A DNA stretch of 64,000 nt from Lingula anatina (lineage: Eukaryota; Animalia; Brachiopoda). How positions within the stretch are numbered: position 1 is the stretch's first letter; each line of letters starts with the position of its first letter. The notes beneath the pieces were generated by a model. The model saw only the letters and a list, made by a program, of their open reading frames with translations, had not been told where the DNA came from and did no database searches. The position numbers were made by a program, and so were the translations under genes. Below, in pieces: positions 54,815 through 64,000 of the stretch. The stretch spans positions 31,310,001-31,374,000 of the forward strand of contig CM120642.1 in the NCBI GenBank assembly GCA_051362555.1, read 5' to 3'.

Positions 54815-56038
54815 TTCACCCGCCATCTTAATTTTTTTCCAATTGCAATGTGTATTTAAAAAATATCATCATGATTTTATTATTACTTACAAAAATTGTA
54901 CTATTGTACAGATTGCAGTCAAAACTTTGGCGATGTTAATACAAATTTTATTTACATTGGTGCTATATTTCACCCCTGAAAATACTCATTATAACATGCA
55001 ATTATGTCGGTGTCAGTGGCAATAATATGGGTCAGCAACTGCGACTGCTGGATGTGGGGTGATGATCTATTTTGTGGCAGGCAGTTTCTTTGAACATTTT
55101 CTCTGTGTGCACTGCTTTTTAATGAAACCAAGGAAGGTAGAATCTTTGATCAGCATTTCATGTATTCGTACTTGTTCTTGTTAATCGTGACCAGTCCAGA
55201 ATGAGAATATTGAAGTCTTCTGATGTGCCTTCTCATGTCATGTTTTAATATTTGTCTTGCTATTTATATTAAATTTCACACCAGCTAAAAAGCTGTTTGG
55301 ACAACTCTAGATCATTTATTGCCTAACCAAAGAGTCCCATTTGCTACCTAGAAGTTTTATTATTTCTACTAAAATGCAATTTTTTATATTAACATTGAAT
55401 ATATATATATATATACATAGGTAGATGTAGTTTTTTTTATTTTTGTTCAATCTTGGGCGATGCCAATAACCTGTCATAAAATGGCCGGTGATTTGTGCTA
55501 ATAGTTAGATGTTTTTTGCCTAGTCCAGGTCCATATGGAGCACAATACGGTGGCCCTGGTAGTCTCAAGTTAGAGTGTTTGAACTTTTCTCTTTACAAAG
55601 AGATAAAACAGCACAAGCAGTATATCTGTGCCCAGAAATGGCAGATTTCTGCTGTAGTAAAATTAATACGATATCTGTCAAAGTCTACCAGTAATATTAT
55701 TTTCATTTATGTAAACCTGGACATCTTGGGCAAAAAAGAAAAATGTGCTGAAGTGATTAAAGAAACTGTAAAACTATATGCACAGTAAGTGCTGTTTAAG
55801 GCTATGCCATGTAGTACCTAGTAAACTGATTAGTTCATATGAATATTTTGATCATCGGTGTCGCCGTTATATATCAGAGATGGATGCTAAATTGCCAATA
55901 TGGTGTGCATATTATTGGAAAAATTGAACTTTGAGTTGCCACTTACTTTGTCAATATTAATGTTCTCACTTGGTGAATGTTTTATTTTATCATTGTTCTT
56001 ATTTGCATGAGAGCAAACAGAGTGAATGTTCTTTTCTG

Positions 56039-56080
56039 AATAAATGTTTTAATATTTTTATGTAAAATTTTGTAAATAAA
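56039..56080 (+). terminator. Polyadenylation signals of the protocadherin 3' UTR
   Basis: AATAAA at 56039-56044 and 56075-56080, with TGTA elements and T-rich sequence nearby, about 1.25 kb after the stop codon. Confidence 0.6.
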
Positions 56081-57536
56081 GTTGAATTTTTAATTGAAAT
56101 AATTATCATTGTTTTTCATCTGGATTATTCAACATTGAGAGGACTGAGTATGTGTTCCTGATTAAATTTTTCTCTCAAGGGTCAAGCATTACGTACTCGT
56201 TCTTGCTGAGAAAATTATTAACTGCCAACAAGATATGTTTTGAAGGAGTAGTCCTTGACTCAAGTAACAGCCATCGCCTTTTATAGGCCACATTTTAGAC
56301 AAAATTCACTGTGCTAAATAACCACCAACAAATGTATCTTATTTAATAGACCTTAAAATATGACATGTGCTTGAACATACGTTCAAATGTCGGGGGGGGG
56401 GGGGGGGGGATTTCAAAAACAATGTTTTCATGGTATGAAACCAAAAGTCGGTTACATTTATGAAAGGTTTGTAAAAATTACGTGCCTGTTGAAAAATTAA
56501 ATACTGATTCACTTCTATCACGTCTTGTCTGTGTCCCTCAGAATAATTCAAGTTTAAAAGTACTCTTAAGCGAGATTTTCTCACTAAAATGAATTTTCTT
56601 TGGGGAGATTTAGCAATTTCTCCAACGTGCAAATCATTATTCACTCTGTCCCTGTACTTGGATTTGATGTTTTATTCCAAATTTTGGCCAATCATTTAGA
56701 ACACCACGTCTTCCTGTACATATTTGAAGGAACTATCAATGTCAGTTACTTTTTATCTGAGGGTGTTTTATAGCTTTTTAGGTCAGAATTAGAGAAGATA
56801 AATAGCTTTGGAGGATATGTAGACATAGAAAAAATGAATTTGGGTCATTTTTAAACGCATACAGTATATCTTTAACCAATGAAGTCTATTCGTCTGTTTA
56901 TTTCACTGTTAGGGTGCAGGAGATCGCATATTTCACCAACCCAGAACGATTTTTTTACCTAAGCTGTTCAGAGTGAATGTGTTAGTTGTGACAGGAGATG
57001 GCGTAGCAATGATTGCACTTGTAGATCACAGCAACCGCATTACATGAAGCGTTTTTGCATGAAATCTCATTAATCTGTTTTCTGACATTTCTTGAAAGGG
57101 GATTTGGCCAATTACCACGGTATTAGTTCATCACAGACAGGATGCGGCACTTATCCATTGATGTAAATAGTGGCATAAGAATAAGATCAAGTAGTTAATT
57201 GATAATTTAATATAGATAAATGGATTTATCAGAGTACATTTGAAAAACGGGGTTTTAAAACTGCACATTTTGATACATATATATTTATCTTCGTCACGAC
57301 ACTGTTTTATAACCTGGCGACTCTTTGACGGTTAAATTTAGTAAAAGAATGTCTGTTATTGTTTGAAAAACAACACAGAAACAGATTTAAAATCATTTTA
57401 CAACAATAGTACTTTACTCAACTTACAACAGAGTCACCACCTTCCACAGATATGAATGATATCAATATAGCAAAATCCAGTCATATTAGACTGATAATGT
57501 GCGTGTTTGCTTGTGACATTTATGTCAACCTATGTC

Positions 57537-58550
57537 TTAAAAATCACTAAGTCTCTTCTGCTCGCTGAAATGCGTTATCTTTGTTTCAATACAACTTTGA
57601 GCTCCCTGTCTGTAAGGCGATTGCTCCTTTTGACGGCGGCATGTCAACAAGGCGAGGAGGGTAAAGAATTCCTCGCGAAACACTGCGGCTGTCATTACGT
57701 ACAACACAAAGTTGACGCAGTGATTGAGCTTGCTCAGAAGAAATACATTTTCTCGGATGTAAGTCAAATGAGTGTCATCCTGCTTAAGGAGATAGAGGGA
57801 TACGTGGATTACATCGACGATGCAGAGGGGGCCCACTAACACCACAAAAGTGAAAGCGGTACAGAGCAGCATCAGGTGAGTGCTCTTGAAGCTCGTGTGC
57901 ACGTCAGTTAAAGAGAGACGCCGCCTAAGGGCTGCCGTGGCTCGCAACTTGTAAATGATGGCCAAACAAAAGCCAACCAGAGAAACCCAAGTGGCGGTGG
58001 TCACCGCAAAGGTAGAATAATACCGTATAGGTTTCAGATATCGTTCATAGACCTCAGTATCGTTGCATTTATTGGTCTGGTGATCTGGTTCAAAACTCCA
58101 GAAAGCATTACTGTTGAGGGCGAAAACGACGACTGACACAAAGACACTAAGAAGTATCGCGTTCCTCTGGGTGAATATCTCTCTACCTCGTATGGGGAAG
58201 TGAACAACGACAAAGCGCTCCACAGTCACCATGAGAATGAAAATGCACGACAACATGACGGTACTGTCGTTTATCCAGTAAAGAGCAGAATAATAAATAC
58301 ATTTGGTGTTCGTGTTCCAGAACTGGGTGACGGGTTCCAAGGAACAGTAAATGCTTATTCCGACGAGCGTCATCAGGTCCACGACCGCCATGAAGGTCAA
58401 GAAAACAAAAGTCGATCTTCCTCTCAACTTTGGGCTCCTGACAACCACGGCGATTGTCAGCGTGCTGCTAATGGACGCCAATGCAGTGAAAAAGTAAATA
58501 ACGGTGCACCAGCAATGTTGGCCGTTCTGCCAACAGTTATTTTCCTCCAT
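57537..58550 (-). CDS. Intronless class A (rhodopsin-like) GPCR, FMRFamide/sex-peptide-receptor-like orphan type
   Basis: 337 aa with seven hydrophobic segments. Motifs: TM2 MAVVDL, TM3 VTVERFVVVHFP (DRY variant ERF), an ECL2 Cys, TM6 FVVLVGP, TM7 NHCVNFVLY (NPxxY variant NFxxY) and helix 8 FREEF. ATG context is aacaacATGG. Confidence 0.92.
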   Translation of the reverse strand: MEENNCWQNGQHCWCTVIYFFTALASISSTLTIAVVVRSPKLRGRSTFVFLTFMAVVDLMTLVGISIYCSLEPVTQFWNTNTKCIYYSALYWINDSTVMLSCIFILMVTVERFVVVHFPIRGREIFTQRNAILLSVFVSVVVFALNSNAFWSFEPDHQTNKCNDTEVYERYLKPIRYYSTFAVTTATWVSLVGFCLAIIYKLRATAALRRRLSLTDVHTSFKSTHLMLLCTAFTFVVLVGPLCIVDVIHVSLYLLKQDDTHLTYIRENVFLLSKLNHCVNFVLYVMTAAVFREEFFTLLALLTCRRQKEQSPYRQGAQSCIETKITHFSEQKRLSDF

Positions 58551-58650
58551 GTTGTTTTTAACCTTCTTTTAGCGGACTCGGTTTTTCTTCACATGTTTGC
58601 TCAGGGAGTGGGAGTGCCTAACGTCGGGCAAAATAAAACGACAACAAGTC
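58551..58650 (-). other. Candidate 5' UTR splice acceptor of the GPCR (exon would start at 58617)
   Basis: The minus strand reads cttgttgtcgttttattttgcccgacgttag|gcac, 67 nt upstream of the ATG. Confidence 0.4.
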
Positions 58651-59584
58651 TGTTTATCGTTGAGAGATATTACTAAAACACGCGGTTAATTGTGTAACCC
58701 CACAGAAAATATATCGTTTTTATGTGTTTTTATGACGCCACGGTATGCGTGCTTAGGTTTCCCTTTTCAAACGCGACCCCGCCGTTTCTTCATTTCCAAT
58801 AACTGCGCGTGTGTCTTTAAAGAATAAAACGTTTTTCAAGCCTTGGCCAGAATTATCAAAAACCGTTTTCGTGTAAAAAACAGTTCTGACTTCAATAGTT
58901 TTGTGAATATAAATAAATGATCACGGTTGCGTGGCAGCATTGGTTCTGTCTACTAGAAGTGTCGCTTTTTCAGAAATCGGGGTCTTCAATCTTCTGCTCG
59001 GAGCCTCTCTTCTCCCCTTGAGACTGGCATTCACCGGGAATCTTGTCTATCATTTATACAATCTTTTTGGCGTTGAAACCCCAGCAGAAGCTCAAAACGT
59101 TACCACAAACAGTTCATGAGTAGACTGGTCAAGGTCGCTTAGCACCCTTGCGTTTTAGAGACTGCGTTGTTGGACAACCAAGACTATGTCGAACATCTCA
59201 GCAGCGCTTAAGTCTCTTATACCTGAGCTCAGATATCATGACAGTATTATATACGTCCGATGATTTCCCCATCGTTATTAATATGAATGTCTTGAGTGCA
59301 ATAAGAATCTTCATAATTGCCCAGCATTGTCCTTCTTGGAAAAGCCGACACGTTCTTTTCATGTGGGAGCTATCCTGAAAATGAAAATTTAAGCTAGAGT
59401 ATCAACAGAATGTGATAATGTTAACAGGGAAATTTTGCATTTATTTCAATTTGATAATATAAATGGCATTGGCAATGTCTCATAAGTAGTTGCAATTACC
59501 TGAAAGAAGGTAATCAGACACATAACAGGAAATAAACCCACCAGGTCTTGTCTTGCCAGAATTCAATAAGGACGCATCAAATCA

Positions 59585-59587
<3 letters not shown>

Positions 59588-59630
<43 letters not shown>
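59588..59630. repeat. (TC)n microsatellite
   Basis: Direct reading: about 21 TC units. Confidence 0.95.
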
Positions 59631-59636
<6 letters not shown>

Positions 59637-60429
59637 TATCTGACAAACTGTAATCTTACTTTCATAGCTTGTTTATAATTTTATACTGGATGCTGTGTCT
59701 TTTCTTTTCTTTTCGCAGAAGTACTCAAATTGATAACTTAGGTGTTGTCCTGGTCGCAACTTTTGCTTTCAATAATACAACTGTAAGTGACAGTTATTTA
59801 TTCACAGGCTGCGAAATGTTTTATAGTGACTTAATTGATAACGGGTTCATAGCTTTTGTAAGCTAGTCTATGCGGAAGAAAAACATACCAAACTCATTTT
59901 CCAAATTCATTATAACGCAAAAAAAAAACGAAAGTCAAAGTAAAACATGCTTAGATGAACATTCTGTACTCTTCTAAGAAAATTTAAAAACCTTCATATT
60001 GATGAAGCAAGACGCAAACAGTTTTTACTACAATACTGAGGCTTTATGAGGAAATTTCAAGCTTAATATAAGATCTGGCAACAATGAAACTCGCACTCTA
60101 TGTCAAGGGGTAGAATCTTTCCCAGCGCGACGGCCTCTGGAGGGTAGGCACGATCGTTAATTAACGTTATCAATGTGCGCCACGATACACATCGGCTTTT
60201 GAATGCCGCGGCATTTCCATGCAAAGTATAGAGATTTAGCGAGTGGACAAAAACACGGGATCCGAACCTCAGCTTTTGGAATATCAGAAGGTATTCAGCA
60301 TAATTTTGTGAAATTTCAGGCCGTGCGTCCTACATTTTATTCCACCCTGCGCACGAAAATTTCGTCTTAAATTTTTTTTTGTTACAAACCTGGCACTCAT
60401 TACAAAATTGAACACCATTAGGGCCTATT

Positions 60430-60486
60430 ATTTTTTATTTTATTTTATTTATTTATTTATTTATCTATTTATTTATTATTATTTTG
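60430..60486. repeat. (TTTA)n/(TTTTA)n low-complexity repeat
   Basis: Direct reading. Confidence 0.85.
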
Positions 60487-61034
60487 CAACAAATACACCA
60501 CAGCAATGGCAACAATGTATACGACGTAAATGTAAGAACACTATATGATAAAATACACGTATACTTGTATAAAGATATATTTCCGTGTTTTCTTACAATA
60601 TGCAGGGCGTTTTTAAAAAGCCATGAAATTCAGATAACCGACATACTATAACTACATAATTACATTGGACAGGTCTAAGAGTTATGATTACTGTCCCTTT
60701 ACTTTGCTCACCAGTCTTTTCTTTCACCGCCTCCATAAACTGGACATCAGTCATCATTTTTACATCTGTGATCTTGGACGAATATAATGTTTTATTCGCC
60801 CAACCTCGAAACTCTCGTCTGTCTTCCATTTGGTCTTAACTCTAATCTCCCGGAACTCTGCCAAGAGCCTTCTATAGTATATCATTTAATAACCGTAAGT
60901 CACGCGATGTAAGATCTGACGTTACACAAAAATCATAATTACTCTAAGTAACAAAGTTAATAACAGCATTTACGCAAAGAAGCAGCCACGTAACTACATT
61001 GGGCGACTACGTTATATAATTTTCCCGAGGCCGG

Positions 61035-61244
61035 AGGCTTTTACTAACACTACCCCCAGATGTTTTAGCACCAACACCCATATTATCCACCAAACCTACA
61101 GCGCTACCAGAGCGGACGAATGTTAGTGCTAGGTATCGTATTGTTGGTGCTAAATAACCGTACGGTGTGCTGGTTAATTTGAGAGTGTGTTGTTAATATG
61201 GGCGTTAGTGCTAAAAGATCTGCGTGTAGTTTTAGTTAACGCCT
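61035..61244. mobile_element. MITE-like foldback element with ~60-bp imperfect terminal inverted repeats
   Basis: Left arm aggcttttactaacactacccccagatgttttagcaccaacacccatattat matches the reverse complement of the right arm, aggcgttaactaaaactacacgcagatcttttagcactaacgcccatattaa. An internal subrepeat TAGCAC(C/T)AAC occurs four times. Confidence 0.8.
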
Positions 61245-61446
61245 AATCCGTTTAAATAGCCTGGGAGGGATGTTGCGAGTTTCTCGACGAATAGAACGAT
61301 AGAATCCTGGAGTCAATTAAGTTTAATAAGTCTGGGATTGACATAAACCTTTGCTAATTCTTGTATGTACTCCAGAGAATAGAGGCAGTTGGGGGTAAGT
61401 CCGGTGAATATGGTGGCCACTCTGCATCTTCATGGAGTAAAACCCC

Positions 61447-61570
61447 ATTTTTTGCTGGAAAGTGGTCCCCTCTGGATAAAATTTTATCTAGGTACACGAA
61501 GGATTCATGGAAAAAACTCCACATTTTCAGAAAAAGACCCCCCTTTTTGAAATTGCTGGTTAAGTGCCTG
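61447..61570 (+). repeat. Second copy of the MITE family at 35247-35433
   Basis: ggaaagtggtcccctctggataaaattttatctag and ctccacattttcagaaaaagacccccctttttgaaattgctggttaagtgcctg align co-linearly with 35285-35433. Confidence 0.6.
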
Positions 61571-61753
61571 TCAAGGTCAGAAAATTGCTGGGGTACAAAA
61601 ATCTGGTGGGCCTGACAGTGTGAACTACTGGCATTATCATGTTACCCTTAATTTCCCTCCATGAGGATATGGATGAGCCTACACATTCTAGTACACTTGA
61701 CGTTGACATTTTGACAAAGACAAAAAACTTCAGATAAATGCACAGTGTATCTA

Positions 61754-63413
61754 CAGACTTGACATTTAATATGGAATATTTCAGTTTCGAATGTACGCCT
61801 AGGTGAAAATGCGTTTTTTTTTTCACAAACTCCGATCTCATAGATGATATGTGAATGGAGAAGTGTGTAGTCAGGTGTGTCGCTACCAATTAAGTGATTA
61901 CCAGGTTTGTTGCGCTGCTGCATTATGTAATATGCAGTGATATGATTGGGTAGTGCTCCTTTGGGCGGTTCAAAGCTAGGCTTTGGCAAAGCATGGTTCT
62001 GTCAAAAAAGTATCCATATGTCGGCAACTACTGCATAGAAAATTTTGAAATTTTGCAAGCAAGTCGTCGGGTTTGCAGTGTGTAAAATGAGCTATGCAGT
62101 GCTCTACAATTATGTTAATCTGTGGCAGAATGGCGGGAAAAAGACAGGCATTGCCAGGCAGGCAATTGCGCCAAACGAAACGGTCCGCACTGTTTTACAG
62201 AGTAATGCCCAGACTGATGTACCTACACAGAGGCCACACCCAATGTATTGAAATCTTACCACCAGGGTACAGGACCCACTGTCTTTCGGGATGTGCTGTT
62301 GCAAATAAACAAAAACCACCAAGTCCGTTCAGAATGAGGGGTAAATTACCACCAAAACGCATTTTTCAAGGCCCTTAGCGAACACCAAACTGGTTTTAGC
62401 AGGTTTGAATACCAGACGACCTCCGAGGAACCCACTGTAAACAGCAAAACATCGTTGTATGTTTCTCTATTGAATTGAGGACCTTGGCTGTTTCTGGGTT
62501 GAACACTGAAATCTCGTGGCTTTCTTTATTGAGGTCAGATTTCACCTGTACCGCTCAACAGTCAAAACAGAGTTTACAGACATCCAGAAGAGGCCAACGA
62601 CGAAGCGTGTGCCGCGTCTAAAGTGACTAAGGTCATTAACAGCGTCAGTATTTGGAGTGGATACCACATTGGTGCCAAAACACCAATGGTAGTCATTGAC
62701 GAAAACCTGAACCAGATCGATTAAAGAAATAATCTGGGAACCACTTGGCTATCATTTGATAGGGGACAACTTAGGAACAATTTTAGGTTGCATGGTGAGA
62801 TTGCCGGTTCACACAGAGCACTTTTAATAGCAGTTTACTTACAGAACCAAGGGAATGAGCAGCTACCTTGGTCATCAAAATCGCCATATTTGAACCACAG
62901 AGACAATATGTTGGTAGGCCATTACTCTCCGAATCAATGGCCTACATATCCTACAACAATATTGGACCAAATTGGGAAGATTTTGACCGATGCATGGAAT
63001 GTTATTCCAGATTAAACTTTAAAAACCTATCCCAAGGAATACCTTGCCACTTGAGAGCGCTAGTAGCAGCCAGAAGAAGTCAGGCGTAACAGCGACCGTT
63101 ACTGTGACTAGAAACTGACATGAGGGTCTTTTGTGGAGCGTTTAACTCTTTTACAGACAATAATTTGGAAAATATGGAGGTCCAAAATATCCCTTTTAAT
63201 GGTTGTCGTATGACATAGAATAGGCAATGTGTTTTTGTTTGCTTCTCTGGCGAATTCCATTGATGAACTGATGTCACAATGACATCAAAGAGATAATTAA
63301 AAGTTATTAAAACACGATTTTCATCCTTATTTTCATTTATCAGTCTGCAAAATAGGAAAAAACTGATGAAAAATGATTTGGAAAAAAATATTCCATATTA
63401 AATGTCAAGTCTG
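61754..63413 (+). mobile_element. Tc1/mariner DNA transposon, full length (1660 bp), defective
   Basis: Perfect 28-bp TIRs: CAGACTTGACATTTAATATGGAATATTT at 61754-61781 and its reverse complement at 63386-63413. TA dinucleotides flank both ends (61752-53, 63414-15), and a transposase remnant lies inside. Confidence 0.93.
62087..63089 (+). pseudogene. Decayed Tc1-family (DD34E) transposase
   Basis: Frameshifted fragments match the Tc1 consensus in order: HTH region (KTGIARQ...QRPHP), FFIEVRFHL (~FSDESRF), SVSIWSG...TPMVVIDENLN (~VMVWG...LVVIDGNLN), HGEIAGSHRA (~QQDNARPH), LPWSSKSPYLNHRDN (~WPxxSPDLNPIEN), AWNVIP, and LRALVAARRS (~AVIAARGG). Confidence 0.88.
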
Positions 63414-63727
63414 TATATACATATCTTCGCTCTCCTCCTCCTACATTACATGTTGTCGGCAAATGTTGTTCAAGTACGGATCTGTTAAATGCCCTGATTT
63501 TAGTTCCATTTTGGTGGTGAGCCTTCCGATGCAAAAACTTCATATTTAAAGTACACGGTTTGTTATCAAAAGCGCGCCCACGCGCTCATTTCAGAAGCAT
63601 AGGATGATGCCTGCGTAGGTCAATTCATGTGGTATAAAACAAGCCTCAAATACGATACTTGCCGTTTGCGATCACGAGCCTCAGAATTTTGAGTTCGAAC
63701 GCCTAAATTAACGACTCGAACCACGGG

Positions 63728-63900
63728 GAACTCTCGCTTAATGCAATCAGACCAACCGACTTAAACTCTTCTTTTTTCCAACTTATTTGTTTAATCACCA
63801 GATTTTTGCATTGTACTCGACGCCAGGATGAGGCATGTAAGTCTGTTAATCTGATTGCATTCAGCGAGAGTCCCAGTAGAGTTAGTACGCATTGGCTAGG
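63728..63900. mobile_element. Non-autonomous inverted-repeat element (copy 1 of a dispersed family)
   Basis: 63728-63756 (gaactctcgcttaatgcaatcagaccaac) is an imperfect inverted copy of 63845-63873 (gttaatctgattgcattcagcgagagtcc). 63775-63900 also aligns to 7655-7775. Confidence 0.7.
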
Positions 63901-64000
63901 TCGACAAAATTATTTGGGAACGGTCCCTTTACAGGTGCCTTGTTACCAAGAGCGTGCATTGAAGGGATGATGTCGATATATAATAAGGAAATTTTACAAA

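Noticed and set aside
56165-56216. Imperfect hairpin just after the poly(A) signals
   Set aside because: Short AT-rich stem with mismatches; likely chance or TE debris.
57507-58676. + strand ORFs of 110 and 158 aa
   Set aside because: Antisense shadows of the GPCR CDS, with non-ATG starts and no domain signal.
1-64000. tRNA, rRNA or snRNA genes
   Set aside because: No cloverleaf with A/B boxes and no recognisable rRNA or snRNA sequence seen by eye. A tRNAscan-SE or Infernal run would be needed to exclude them formally.

Overview
AT-rich metazoan genomic DNA. The protocadherin tail motifs and the GPCR type suggest a lophotrochozoan, probably a mollusc (inference). One + strand 7-EC delta-like protocadherin gene dominates the window. 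Its 2.84-kb ectodomain/TM exon (42706-45546) splices in phase to three cytoplasmic exons (53421-53582, 53900-54056, 54285-54814), giving about 1229 aa, with poly(A) signals near 56.04-56.08 kb. The 42 kb upstream has no credible coding sequence. It is CpG-poor and contains several CpG-retaining islands ending in splice donors (candidate alternative non-coding first exons), homotypic transcription-factor site clusters, and a recurring C-rich to G-rich block pattern. Downstream and convergent is an intronless class A GPCR (57537-58550, -). A TE-rich, CpG-richer zone follows, with a full-length Tc1/mariner element (61754-63413; perfect 28-bp TIRs, decayed transposase) and several MITE-like elements. 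All calls were made by eye; regulatory and UTR-exon calls are hypotheses.
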